Of a DNA stretch of 61,128 nt, positions 19,605 through 28,561 are shown one piece after another. Position 1 is the stretch's first letter. The number at the start of each line of letters is the position of its first letter. Origin of the DNA: an archaeon. GTDB taxonomy: Archaea > B1Sed10-29 > WALL01. A program made the position numbers and the translations under genes. Where the stretch lies: NCBI GenBank assembly GCA_042584585.1, contig JBHOSQ010000007.1:1-61128 (forward strand), given 5' to 3'. The notes under the pieces are model-generated. The model had not been told where the DNA came from, made no database searches, and saw only the letters and a program-made list of their open reading frames with translations.

Positions 19605-21089
19605 TTATCCACCGCATCCGCATCCACTGGGGGTGCCTCCACCGCACGTCGGGGAGCCGCAGCTTCCGCCACAGGAACCAGCCTTTGGCGTTGGGACAAT
19701 AGCCACTATTTCTTCTGCGGCTTCGGGTTCCACCTCGTTGCCAATCAGCTCTATGTCGTCCTTGATTATAAACACTCCGGGGATCATGCCCATCCAGCAG
19801 CTCCAAGAAATGACTCCTTCTTTGTCTGGGGTGAACTCTATTGTTTGCTCGCCGCGGACTATGTCAAACTCCAGGCCGTACTTGGGGACTTGTATGGCGT
19901 TGTTGCAGCCGTTGATTTCTTTGCCGTCGATTATCCACTTGACTGGCACGCCTGCCTTAAGCACGAACTTGTCTGGCTTCCAGCCGTACCGGTTGACTTC
20001 CATCCGGATTACTTGGTAATCGCCCTCGAATTGTATGGGCGCCTCGGGCGCGTCGCCCTTTGATATTGACGCGGAGGTCACGAGTGAGTTGGTGTCGAAG
20101 CCCGTTCCGGTCAAGGCAAGCCCATTGTTTACCATCAAAAGCCCGAACACGATTACGAGCGCTCCCGACGCCTTCAGGATTTTGTGCGTCATTTTTGTGG
20201 ACATGAAACTGGCGAACAGCCCGAACCCAAGCATAACCGGAAGCGTGCCGAGGCCGAACACGAACAAGAGCTTCGCACCCTCGACCATGCTGCCCGTTCC
20301 CGCGGCCATGATGTAAATCGCCTGCAGCGGGCCACACGCAATCATGAGGCCGTTCAGCAGCCCAATCACTAGGGGGCTGCTGTGCTGCTTTGTTTCCTTG
20401 CCCACGAATTTGCTGACAAAGCCAGGGGTGCTTAGCCGGATTCTTCGGAGGACGGGGATGGGGTAAAGCATGTTGACGCCGAACACGATTAGGAATAGGC
20501 CCGCGATAATGCCGGCGACGCCGCGCATCAGGGGGGTGAACGCGACTATCGAGCCCAAGAGCCCGAAGCCCGCGCCAATCACGGTGTACGACACTGTTTT
20601 TCCCAGGCCGTACATGAAGTGTGGCTTGTACGGCTTTTTGCCTTCGCGCGCGCTTTTGGCGGTGTAGCTGACGACGAATCCGCCGCACATGCCGACGCAG
20701 TGGATGCCCGTCAATAAGCCCACCAAAAACAAGAGGCCGAGGCCCATGTCGTGGCTTATTGCCGGCAGTTGTATTGTTTCTTCAATAGCGAGCACGAAGT
20801 ACGCGACAAGCGCAAGACCGGTGGCGCCCGCTGCGGCGCCGAGCACTTTGGCGTCTAGGCCAGACACTTTGTCCGTGTCGGGTGCGGAGCATTCGTAACC
20901 TTTTGCCTCGATTGCGCTGAATATTTTTGTGGTGCTTGTGTGGCGCGGGTCGAAGGTGACGCTCACTTCTTCGGTCGCGTAGTCGGCAGAAGCTTTTTTC
21001 ACTCCATTTATTTTCAGCGCGGCTTTGGTTATCAGTTTTTCACAGCTCGGGCAGTGCATGCCGCTTGCCTTGAATCGCTTTGTCTTCAT
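19605..21089 (-). CDS. HMA + DsbD_2/TauE-like membrane domain + cupredoxin-like domain with Cys/Gly tail
   Basis: GMHCPSC; HCVGMCGG and ACGPLQ; WSCWMGM; tail SCGGSCGSPTCGGGTPSGCGCGG. Confidence 0.85.
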   Translation of the reverse strand: MKTKRFKASGMHCPSCEKLITKAALKINGVKKASADYATEEVSVTFDPRHTSTTKIFSAIEAKGYECSAPDTDKVSGLDAKVLGAAAGATGLALVAYFVLAIEETIQLPAISHDMGLGLLFLVGLLTGIHCVGMCGGFVVSYTAKSAREGKKPYKPHFMYGLGKTVSYTVIGAGFGLLGSIVAFTPLMRGVAGIIAGLFLIVFGVNMLYPIPVLRRIRLSTPGFVSKFVGKETKQHSSPLVIGLLNGLMIACGPLQAIYIMAAGTGSMVEGAKLLFVFGLGTLPVMLGFGLFASFMSTKMTHKILKASGALVIVFGLLMVNNGLALTGTGFDTNSLVTSASISKGDAPEAPIQFEGDYQVIRMEVNRYGWKPDKFVLKAGVPVKWIIDGKEINGCNNAIQVPKYGLEFDIVRGEQTIEFTPDKEGVISWSCWMGMIPGVFIIKDDIELIGNEVEPEAAEEIVAIVPTPKAGSCGGSCGSPTCGGGTPSGCGCGG

Positions 21090-21094
21090 GCCAT

Positions 21095-21298
21095 CTACTC
21101 CAGGGTGTAGCCCTCTTGCTCAATGGCTGACTTGATTTGCTCCGGGGTTACTTTGCTTTCGTCGACGTCCACGGTGACAAAGCCTGATTCCCAGTCGGCT
21201 TCAACATCATTCACGCCCGGCAGCTCTTCCAGCGCGTCCGTGACGAGCATTTCGCAGCTGGAGCAATGCATTCCCTTGGTCCTGACTCTTAGTTCCAT
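21095..21298 (-). CDS. copZ: Copper chaperone (HMA domain)
   Basis: GMHCSSC, 67 aa, first gene of the cop operon. Confidence 0.88.
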   Translation of the reverse strand: MELRVRTKGMHCSSCEMLVTDALEELPGVNDVEADWESGFVTVDVDESKVTPEQIKSAIEQEGYTLE

Positions 21299-21353
21299 GG
21301 GCTAACTAGCCGTGAAACGCCTTATATAAGAACGAGTGAAACTAGTTACAGCA

Positions 21354-21806
21354 CTAGTTTTGTAGTATGACGACGTTGGTCATGCCGCGGCGCTTTCTCT
21401 CGACGAGGCCCTTGCCCTCCAGCTTGTCGAGGATGCGGGTCATCTTTACTTTGGTCAGCCCCGTTTTTTCGACGAGCTCTGACTGGAAGATTGTGCCGCC
21501 TGCAGAAGTAACTGTGTCGAAAACTTTTTTCTCGTCGGGCAGCAGGCCCTTCGGAGCGCGCTTCTTTTTGGTGGCTGCTGTGCCGGAGTCGGAATAAATG
21601 AGATATCCCGCGACCACAATCACTAGGCCTATGAGCGCAATGCTGACATTGGTCTGGAACTGGATGCTTCCCCACATCGGACAGCTAGGGCCGTGGCTAC
21701 AGGACTCATTGACGATGCTGGTGAGTGCAGAATTAAACGAATAAGTCATGAACCCCATCAGCACGACGATGCCGAGAAGGACGAGCCCGACTGACCTGTT
21801 CCTCAT
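21354..21806 (-). CDS. Membrane-anchored MarR-like winged-HTH regulator
   Basis: Two TM helices flanking CSHGPSCPM loop; C-terminal IFQSELVEKTGLTKVKMTRILDKLEGKGLVERKRRG. Confidence 0.82.
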   Translation of the reverse strand: MRNRSVGLVLLGIVVLMGFMTYSFNSALTSIVNESCSHGPSCPMWGSIQFQTNVSIALIGLVIVVAGYLIYSDSGTAATKKKRAPKGLLPDEKKVFDTVTSAGGTIFQSELVEKTGLTKVKMTRILDKLEGKGLVERKRRGMTNVVILQN

Positions 21807-21844
21807 AGAGCTATCGTTAGACGGGAAGGAGTTTATAACAGTAA

Positions 21845-22429
21845 CTAGGAGAGCTCTTGCTGTGCCTGCGTGGAATAGCTGTTGGCGATGGCCGCAAGGT
21901 CTTCCGACGTAACCCAATTAGCCTTGTTCGCCGTCTCGTACGTGGCGAGGCAGGCGTTGTAGGGCGCTAGGTTCGGGAGCCAGCACGCTTCGTACGCGGC
22001 GAGCCACTTCCCGATTTTAATTGAGGTGTCGGTGTAGCCCAGGCCAATGGCGCACCGCTGGGCCGAGCCGAAGTACGCTTTTGCGTACGGGAAGTTTTCC
22101 GCCTGGTTTTCGAGCCCCCGCTCGATGCCCCACTTGATGCACGCGTGGTGCTGCTGGGCGTGCCTGAAGCAGTCGGTCATCAAATAGATTTCCGCGGCGG
22201 TGAGTGAGTCGTATTCTTTTTCGCAGGAATACGCCCACGCGGTCGGGGCGGGCACAGCGGTCGGGATTACTGTGGGTGTGGGGGTTGGAAACGGGGTGGG
22301 CACCGGCACGTCAAAGGTTGGTGCTGGCGTGGGCGTTGGCCCGATGCCAATCAGGTGTAGGGGCGGCCCTGCGGATATTTCGACACATCCTGCTAAAAGC
22401 AGCAGTGCGAAGAGTAGGGCCAGCTTCAT
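21845..22429 (-). CDS. Putative lipoprotein with PT linker and Cys-rich helical domain
   Basis: LLLAGC lipobox, PTPTP repeats, 6 Cys in the C-terminal domain. Confidence 0.7.
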   Translation of the reverse strand: MKLALLFALLLLAGCVEISAGPPLHLIGIGPTPTPAPTFDVPVPTPFPTPTPTVIPTAVPAPTAWAYSCEKEYDSLTAAEIYLMTDCFRHAQQHHACIKWGIERGLENQAENFPYAKAYFGSAQRCAIGLGYTDTSIKIGKWLAAYEACWLPNLAPYNACLATYETANKANWVTSEDLAAIANSYSTQAQQELS

Positions 22430-22430
22430 T

Positions 22431-22913
22431 TCATACCTCTGCTAGGATGACGACGTAGTTTTTCCCGTAGTGCTTTGCGCATGACGGGCACGTCGTGTAA
22501 AAGAAATACATTTTTTTGCTTGTCTTGCCTTTTTTGCCTACCCACGCCTGCATGGCCTTGACCCAGTTGCCCATGTTTTTGTACTCGCCCTCGAAGACCT
22601 TGGTGAGGAACGTGCCCGAGATTTTTGTCATGTTCGCGTTTGGGACTTCTTTGGTGACGTGGATGTAGACGTCACTGCCGAACAAAGAGTTTTCGTCCGA
22701 AAGCATGAGCGGCTTCGGGGGAACTGCCCCGGCGGCAGCAATCTTTTCGACGTTTCTCACCATTACCTGCCCGAAGTTTAGGGGGATATGCAGAAAGCTG
22801 ATTACGTGGTCTTTGATGAATAGCTTGTTCTTGAACACTATCTCTTTTTCGTCCCACGGCTTGGGGTCGAAGCGCTGGCAGCATCCAGTCTCTGAGTCGT
22901 ATAGCTTGTCCAT
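22431..22913 (-). CDS. Conserved GyrI-like protein (often annotated 'hydrolase')
   Basis: GCCQRFDPKPWD N-terminus; FLTKVFEG; YTTCPSCAKHYGKNYVV C-terminus. Confidence 0.7.
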   Translation of the reverse strand: MDKLYDSETGCCQRFDPKPWDEKEIVFKNKLFIKDHVISFLHIPLNFGQVMVRNVEKIAAAGAVPPKPLMLSDENSLFGSDVYIHVTKEVPNANMTKISGTFLTKVFEGEYKNMGNWVKAMQAWVGKKGKTSKKMYFFYTTCPSCAKHYGKNYVVILAEV

Positions 22914-22944
22914 GATTACCACGACTCGGTTCGGGTATAAAAAC

Positions 22945-23319
22945 CTAGTCCACGACTATCCGCCTGAGCAGCGGCAGGCTGAGCACTCCGAACGGCAGCG
23001 AAAAGAAGATTGCCAGGGGGAGCAGGGCCTTGAGGGCCTTGCGGCCGACGGGGGTGCCGAGCCTTCGGTTGATGAGTGCCGCCAGTATCACCAGAACAAC
23101 GGCTGTGGTGAGCAAAGTGGTGGGCAAAGCGCCCCTGATGCCAAGCACCCGGTAAATGGGGTAAGTGATGGCTGCCCCGAGGAGCGTGGTGCACACGACG
23201 TTTATCAGCGCCAGGATGTACACGCCGTTTTTCTTTGGCGTGACAGAGCGAATCCATTTGATTATCCAGGATTGCTTTGCCTTGGCCAATTTTTCCTTCA
23301 TTAGCTTTTTGAACGGCAC
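22945..23319 (-). CDS. Hypothetical basic membrane protein
   Basis: Three hydrophobic segments; same strand as neighbours. Confidence 0.55.
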   Translation of the reverse strand: MPFKKLMKEKLAKAKQSWIIKWIRSVTPKKNGVYILALINVVCTTLLGAAITYPIYRVLGIRGALPTTLLTTAVVLVILAALINRRLGTPVGRKALKALLPLAIFFSLPFGVLSLPLLRRIVVD

Positions 23320-23344
23320 GACGCAACAAAACCAGCCAGAGTAT

Positions 23345-23914
23345 TTATATCATTCCCAGGAAGTACTCGTGCATTCTTGTGTCGCTCGTCAGCTCGGGGT
23401 GGAAGGAAAGGGCCAATAAGTTGTCTTGGCGCGCGGCAACGATTTTGTTTTCGAACTCGCACAGCACTTCGACGCCGTCTTCGGCGTGCTCGATTACGGG
23501 CGCTCGGATAAATACCCCGGGAAAGCTTCCGATGGGCTTGACGTCAAGCGTTGCCTCGAACGACTCGCGCTGCCTGCCGAACGCGTTGCGGTTTACTGTG
23601 GTGTCCATGAGGCCAAGTAGCTCCTGGCCAGTTTTTTTGACTTGCTCGTTCCCTTGCTTGGCGAGGACAATCATTCCCGCGCACGTCCCCATCACGGGCA
23701 TGCCGCTTTTCGCGCGCTTGATTATTTCGTCTCGGAGCCCGAACTGGGAAATGAGCCTGCTGATTGTGGTGCTTTCGCCGCCGGGAATAATAAGCGCATC
23801 CGCCGATTCAAGGGCTTCAGTGGTTTTGACCTCGACGCCTTTCGCGCCGGCGCTGCTAATCGCGTGTAAATGCTCTACTACCGCGCCTTGTACCGCCAAT
23901 ACCCCAACAGCCAA
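23345..23914 (-). CDS. pdxT: PLP synthase glutaminase subunit
   Basis: GVLAVQG, IPGGESTT, GTCAG, RNAFGRQ, FIRAP, FHPE. Confidence 0.95.
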   Translation of the reverse strand: MAVGVLAVQGAVVEHLHAISSAGAKGVEVKTTEALESADALIIPGGESTTISRLISQFGLRDEIIKRAKSGMPVMGTCAGMIVLAKQGNEQVKKTGQELLGLMDTTVNRNAFGRQRESFEATLDVKPIGSFPGVFIRAPVIEHAEDGVEVLCEFENKIVAARQDNLLALSFHPELTSDTRMHEYFLGMI

Positions 23915-23915
23915 C

Positions 23916-24800
23916 TCAATTACCCCGAGACTGCATCTTCTCCGAGTCCGGGATTTTGTTTGCCTCGATGCCTTTCATGGCCTCGCCCAGGTTTCTCGAG
24001 ACTTTGGCGACTACCTCTGGCTTTTCGTAGTTCATGGTCGCTTCCACGATTGCCTTCGCGCGCTGTTCGGGGTTGTCCGCCTTGAAGATTCCAGAGCCAA
24101 CAAAAATGCCATCAGCGCCGAGCAGCATCATGAGTGCCGCGTCCGATGGAGTGGCGATTCCGCCGGCGGCAAAGTTGACGACCGGCAGGCGCTGGAGCCC
24201 CGCGACTTCTTCGACGAGCTCGACGGGCACACGGTATTCCTCTGCCTTTTGCTTGAGGAATTCCTTGTCCTTGTTTTTCAGCTCGGCGATTTGCTTGTTC
24301 ATTAGCTTCATGTGCCTGACCGCTTCCGCGACATCGCCGGTTCCCGGCTCGCCTTTGGTGCGGATCATTGCGGCTCCTTCGTTGATTCGCCTCAGTGCTT
24401 CGCCAAGGTTTCGTGCGCCGCATACGAATGGAATGGTGAACTTTTCTTTGTCGATGTGCTCGTCGTCGACCGGTGAGAGGACTTCGCTTTCGTCAATCAT
24501 GTCGACGCCAAGCGTTTGCAGCACTTGGGCCTCGGCGAGGTGGCCGATTCGGGCCTTGGCCATGACCGGGATTGTGACTGCGTTGACTATTTGCTCGACT
24601 ATTGCGGGGTCCGCCATTCTTGCGACTCCGCCGCTGGCACGTATGTCCGCGGGGACACGCTCGAGGGCCATCACCGCGACTGCGCCTGCTTCTTCAGCGA
24701 TTTTGGCTTGCTCGGCGTTGGTGACGTCCATCACAACACCACGCTTAACCATTTTTGCAAATCCGCGCTTTAGGTTAGTTGTTCCTTGCTCGGCTTCCAT
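23916..24800 (-). CDS. pdxS: PLP synthase lyase subunit
   Basis: [39 protein letters not shown]. Confidence 0.96.
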   Translation of the reverse strand: MEAEQGTTNLKRGFAKMVKRGVVMDVTNAEQAKIAEEAGAVAVMALERVPADIRASGGVARMADPAIVEQIVNAVTIPVMAKARIGHLAEAQVLQTLGVDMIDESEVLSPVDDEHIDKEKFTIPFVCGARNLGEALRRINEGAAMIRTKGEPGTGDVAEAVRHMKLMNKQIAELKNKDKEFLKQKAEEYRVPVELVEEVAGLQRLPVVNFAAGGIATPSDAALMMLLGADGIFVGSGIFKADNPEQRAKAIVEATMNYEKPEVVAKVSRNLGEAMKGIEANKIPDSEKMQSRGN

Positions 24801-24870
24801 AATATTCACCTTCGCGTGAAGGGGAGTTGTGTGCCTACTGGCATATAAAACCTTTCCAGAAGCTGAATGA

Positions 24871-24886
24871 AAAAACTAAAAAAAAG
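24871..24886 (-). terminator. Oligo-T tract downstream of the CxxC-x17-CxxC gene
   Basis: Minus strand reads CTTTTTTTTAGTTTTT, typical of archaeal intrinsic termination. Confidence 0.45.
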
Positions 24887-24924
24887 TAAGAGAGGGAGGG
24901 ATACTGCCCCCCCGGGTTTAAGCC

Positions 24925-25218
24925 TTAGTCGTCACGTTTTGGCTTGTGCTTTGCGTAGCAGTCCCTGCAATAAACTGGCCTGCCTTCGGTTGGCTTGAAG
25001 GGCACGTCACAGTCTTTGCCGCAATCGGCACAAACTGCTTTGTACGTCTGTCGTGGGGCGCCGTAACCGCCGCCGCCACCGCCGCCTCTTCCGCCGCCGT
25101 AGCCACCGCCACCGCCGCCTCTTCCGCCGCCGTAGCCACCGCCACCGCCGCCTCTGTGGCCGCCGGAGCCGCCACCGCCTCTGTGGCCGCCGGAGCCGCC
25201 ACCTCTGTCATTATACAT
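24925..25218 (-). CDS. Gly/RGG-rich protein with CxxC-x17-CxxC zinc domain
   Basis: RGGGGSGGH and YGGGRGGGGG repeats; AVCADCGKDCDVPFKPTEGRPVYCRDC. Confidence 0.88.
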   Translation of the reverse strand: MYNDRGGGSGGHRGGGGSGGHRGGGGGGYGGGRGGGGGGYGGGRGGGGGGGYGAPRQTYKAVCADCGKDCDVPFKPTEGRPVYCRDCYAKHKPKRDD

Positions 25219-25343
25219 CTATATTCGCCTCTTAATTAAACCGGCCAAAGCCGGATAAGGAGTTATTGCAGCAGACGGGGTATAAAAGGGTGGGTGCTTG
25301 GCAATGCCCCCCAGTATTCGCGGGCCTGAAGTGCTTTCTGGGG

Positions 25344-25469
25344 TTATATCAAACAGGTTATGCACGGGATTGCGCCTTGCTCGTTGAGCAGGAGGAGCAG
25401 CCCGATTATCGCCAGCGCGACTATTACCCACATGAAGATTGCTGCGCCTTCGGGGATGTCGTTTGCCAT
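25344..25469 (-). CDS. 41-aa single-TM microprotein ending in CxxC
   Basis: Hand translation: MANDIPEGAAIFMWVIVALAIIGLLLLLNEQGAIPCITCLI; TATA-like TTTTATTAA upstream. Confidence 0.55.
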   Translation of the reverse strand: MANDIPEGAAIFMWVIVALAIIGLLLLLNEQGAIPCITCLI

Positions 25470-25554
25470 GCTGTCGCTAACGCGTTAATAAAATAAAAGG
25501 GGGTGTGGTAGCGCTTGCGCTACAAGTCCCTGAAGAAATAGCCTAAGAAAGAGT

Positions 25555-25746
25555 TTAAACTTTCTTTACTTTTACTGCACGGGGCCCCTTGGGGCTGTCT
25601 TCGGCTTCGAATTCAACCGCGTCGCCTTCGTTCAATGTCGTGCCTTCTTCAAGGTCGTTCATGTGAACGAAAATGTCGTTGCCGTCTTCTTTTTCAATAA
25701 AGCCAAAGCCTTTCGTGGTGTTAAACCATTTTACTGTACCTTTCAT
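25555..25746 (-). CDS. cspA: Cold-shock protein
   Basis: [14 protein letters not shown] (RNP1), DIFVH (RNP2), KGPRA. Confidence 0.95.
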   Translation of the reverse strand: MKGTVKWFNTTKGFGFIEKEDGNDIFVHMNDLEEGTTLNEGDAVEFEAEDSPKGPRAVKVKKV

Positions 25747-25850
25747 GTAAATTCCTCTAAGAGGGTATATGGGCTATTAGAGAACTACTAGGGTATATAA
25801 AGGCATTAGATAAAAGGGGCGGATGAAAGGGAAAAGGAGTGGATATAGCC

Positions 25851-26099
25851 CTAGCTCAGGCCAAAGAAGAGGAGTATGGCCGAGATAACCAAGAAAGCGA
25901 TGCCTGTAGCCCAGTTGGTTTTGCCCCAGTATTTTTTCTGGAATATGCTGTAGGCAGACAGGTGTTTGACCGGCGGGAAGATTTTTTCCAAGCGTGCTAT
26001 TGTCCTGAGCTGCCACTCCAGCACTTGCTTTGGAAAAACGAGCACTAACGCGCCCGCCACGAAAAAGATGCCTGCCCTAATCAGCATGGGGATGTCCAT
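25851..26099 (-). CDS. Small 2-TM hypothetical protein
   Basis: 82-aa ORF with two hydrophobic helices, just downstream of tRNA-Leu. Confidence 0.55.
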   Translation of the reverse strand: MDIPMLIRAGIFFVAGALVLVFPKQVLEWQLRTIARLEKIFPPVKHLSAYSIFQKKYWGKTNWATGIAFLVISAILLFFGLS

Positions 26100-26133
26100 A
26101 GCTAGGGCTTAATCAACTGTTTAATAAAAAGAG

Positions 26134-26257
26134 TGCGGGGGAAGGGATTTGAACCCCAGTAGGCACTAAGCCAATGGATATCCCGGGAAAAGAGACGGGC
26201 ATTTGTCTCCAAGACCCCTTGAGTCCATCCCGTTTGACCAGACTCCGGCACCCCCGC
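26134..26257 (-). tRNA. tRNA-Leu(CAA) with 38-nt intron at canonical 37/38 position (intron 26180-26217)
   Basis: Acceptor GCGGGGG/CCCCCGC; anticodon arm ATGGA-CTCAAG^A-TCCAT; long variable arm; GTTCAAATC T-loop; CCA not encoded. Confidence 0.92.
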
Positions 26258-26266
26258 ACGTAAATG

Positions 26267-26563
26267 TTAATCGAATAATGCGATGCCAGTCGCGACGCTT
26301 TCTTCCTCGCTTTTGACTGCCTTCGAGACGTTGTCGAACTCGTTGCTTTCTACCCGGGACACTCCCTCAATCAATACCTCGGCCTCGTGCTCGTCAAAGA
26401 ACTCGTCAGGCGCGTCCACGTACAAAAAGTACTGGTCGATGTCGAACCCCAAGCCCCTTGCGGAACGCATTGTGTATCCGTTCCTGGCCCAGTGGTCCGC
26501 AGCCGTTGCCTGGCGAATCGCGCTGACTTTAGCCGAGTCCACCTTGTATATCTTAATTGTCAT
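26267..26563 (-). CDS. Hypothetical protein (98 aa)
   Basis: Compact ORF with plausible composition (HWARNGY, EEESVATGIALFD). Confidence 0.7.
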   Translation of the reverse strand: MTIKIYKVDSAKVSAIRQATAADHWARNGYTMRSARGLGFDIDQYFLYVDAPDEFFDEHEAEVLIEGVSRVESNEFDNVSKAVKSEEESVATGIALFD

Positions 26564-26605
26564 GGGAATCCCTGACTATTATTCAGAAAGGTGTATATAA
26601 AGCCT

Positions 26606-27061
26606 TCACGGCTCTTTGAAGAACCCAGCGGCCTTCAGGAAACGCGGAGTCCGCATCAATGGCTTCAAAAACTTCGTGAACTTCTCGCCCCGGGCCGCAA
26701 TCCTCTCGGTCTCGACACCGCCGTGGAGAATGTCCTGCACCAAATGGAAGTACCGCTCCATTTTCCCGAACGCCGCGACGATTTCGATCAAGCGGAACGC
26801 CAAGTAAAACGGGAACACCGCCAAGATGTCGAGCCAATACTTCTTGACGAAAGGCCTTGGCTTCGGGAGGCGGTGGTACTTGAACGCAAGGTCAACCACG
26901 AACAGCGCGATGACGAGCATGTCCGCGATCTCGATGTAAAGCGAGTACGGCTTTACCTCGTCGTGGAAAAATATTTCGGCGATAATGATTATCAAGAGCA
27001 GCACGAGTGCCGGGGGAATCGCCTGGTCGACCAATTTCTCCATTTTTTTCCGTGACATCAT
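26606..27061 (-). CDS. Stand-alone voltage-sensor-like (Ion_trans S1-S4) membrane protein without pore
   Basis: S2-like IADMLVIALFVVDL, S3-like KKYWLDILAVFPF, basic periodic segment KFTKFLKPLMRTPRFLK; true start ATG 27061/27058. Confidence 0.65.
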   Translation of the reverse strand: MMSRKKMEKLVDQAIPPALVLLLIIIIAEIFFHDEVKPYSLYIEIADMLVIALFVVDLAFKYHRLPKPRPFVKKYWLDILAVFPFYLAFRLIEIVAAFGKMERYFHLVQDILHGGVETERIAARGEKFTKFLKPLMRTPRFLKAAGFFKEP

Positions 27062-27648
27062 AGGTACGCAGCCACCACCCAAAATAACATGACAAACCAT
27101 AAAAACCCAAGGTTTCGCACCGTCGAAAACACGCCCATAATCATGGCGCCGAGGTAAAGGGGCAAGAAAATGAACGGGACGGTGGCGAGCCAAAACACGC
27201 CCTGCACCACTCCGTCCTGCATCGACGCCTTGCGCGAATAAAACGAAGAGAGGTTGTGCATGGCGTTCGACGCGTCCTTGGAAGAAGGAAAGCAGTGCGC
27301 CGCGATTGACAGCGCCAAGTAATACAACACAAGGATTTGGAACCAGTCCTGCCACGCCGAGCGGTAAGTTAGGCCCACCGCGCCGGTCTTGGCAAGGAAA
27401 AGGAAGGCGATTGTCGCGAGCGTGCCGAACAGGAACGGCGCCGACGAAATCAAGTAGCCGCGGATGCCGGGGACTTGCTCGTGCGTGATCGCGGCCTGCT
27501 TTTCGCCCCAAAACTTTCCGCCCGTGACGCGCGAGCCCATCAAAATGCTCATCACGAAGTGGCTTAACTCGTGGAACACGACGCCGGGAAACAGCACGAT
27601 GTTCCAGTTCAAGGACTCCTTCACGATGTACGTGACGCGCGTGGGCAT
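27058..27648 (-). CDS. Membrane zinc metalloprotease (M50/DUF3267-like)
   Basis: PGVVFHELSH, ISSAPF, HCFPSSKD. Confidence 0.8.
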   Translation of the reverse strand: MPTRVTYIVKESLNWNIVLFPGVVFHELSHFVMSILMGSRVTGGKFWGEKQAAITHEQVPGIRGYLISSAPFLFGTLATIAFLFLAKTGAVGLTYRSAWQDWFQILVLYYLALSIAAHCFPSSKDASNAMHNLSSFYSRKASMQDGVVQGVFWLATVPFIFLPLYLGAMIMGVFSTVRNLGFLWFVMLFWVVAAYL

Positions 27649-27670
27649 TAAAGAGAAAAAAGAAAACCAG

Positions 27671-28561
27671 CTATAAAAGGTCTACCCTGCCGAGCACCCT
27701 GAGCCCGCCGGGCTTCGCGTTGTGCGCGATTATCCCGGTGCCGTCAAGCGCCCACTCTTTTTCGGAAGTGATTTTGTTCCCGTCCAGGTGCACGCCACCC
27801 CACTGCAAGCCAAGGCAAAGGTGCAAGTCGTGCGGCAGTTCTTTCGCAAATGGCGACAGCGTTACTTTGGCCTCGAATTCCTTGGCAGATGGGATTGGCT
27901 CGGCGGACAACAAAGTGCCGCGCGGCACGTCCTCCACGGACACGCCTTTCATCGACAGGCCAACGCGGTCATTGGGCTCCGCGGTCTTGAAGTTCTTGTC
28001 CTGCTTTTGTATTGATTTCACGGTTGCTTCTTTGCCGGACGGGTAAGCCGTTAATTTATCGTACACGTTAAGGCTTCCGCTTTGAACCAAACCAAGCACA
28101 ACGGTGCCAACGCTTTTCACGTCGAACGAGGCGTCCACAATGACTTTGGTCGGGCCGTCGGGGGGAGAAATGGGAAAGTTTTTGATTTCTTCGCGGATTG
28201 ACACTTCGTCGTCCGGGACTCGTGCCCATTGCGACAACGAAGTTGTTTTTGTGATTGCGTCGAGCGTGCCCAGGTCAGCGTCCTCGGACACTGCAAAGAA
28301 GCCGGGCTTGCCGAGCAAGTCGAGGAGGACAATTGTCTCACCCAGGGTAGAGCCCTGGAGCGCGGGGGTGTAGTGCACGACCGCGGCATTGGACATCATC
28401 GCGGGCATTATGAGTGAATGGATTTTTTCGGGGTACATCGAGGGCGCGGCAAACGAGAAAACGCCTTCGCTGCTGGAGTGGCTCGCGAGCAATACGTCGG
28501 TCTCGGAAGACTTTTTCCCCAGCGGAACCCACGGGCCGTAGAAAGCGATGTTGAGGTTCAT
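27671..28561 (-). CDS. Archaeal SelB-like / EF-Tu domain II protein with degenerate G domain
   Basis: VDASFDVKSVGTVVLGLVQSG, VKSIQKQD, DRVGLSMKG; no GxxxxGK(S/T). Confidence 0.8.
   Translation of the reverse strand: MNLNIAFYGPWVPLGKKSSETDVLLASHSSSEGVFSFAAPSMYPEKIHSLIMPAMMSNAAVVHYTPALQGSTLGETIVLLDLLGKPGFFAVSEDADLGTLDAITKTTSLSQWARVPDDEVSIREEIKNFPISPPDGPTKVIVDASFDVKSVGTVVLGLVQSGSLNVYDKLTAYPSGKEATVKSIQKQDKNFKTAEPNDRVGLSMKGVSVEDVPRGTLLSAEPIPSAKEFEAKVTLSPFAKELPHDLHLCLGLQWGGVHLDGNKITSEKEWALDGTGIIAHNAKPGGLRVLGRVDLL

Noticed and set aside
27671-28561. Selenocysteine incorporation system
   Set aside because: No GTPase motifs, no tRNA-Sec or selD in the window, and no in-frame TGA candidates noticed.
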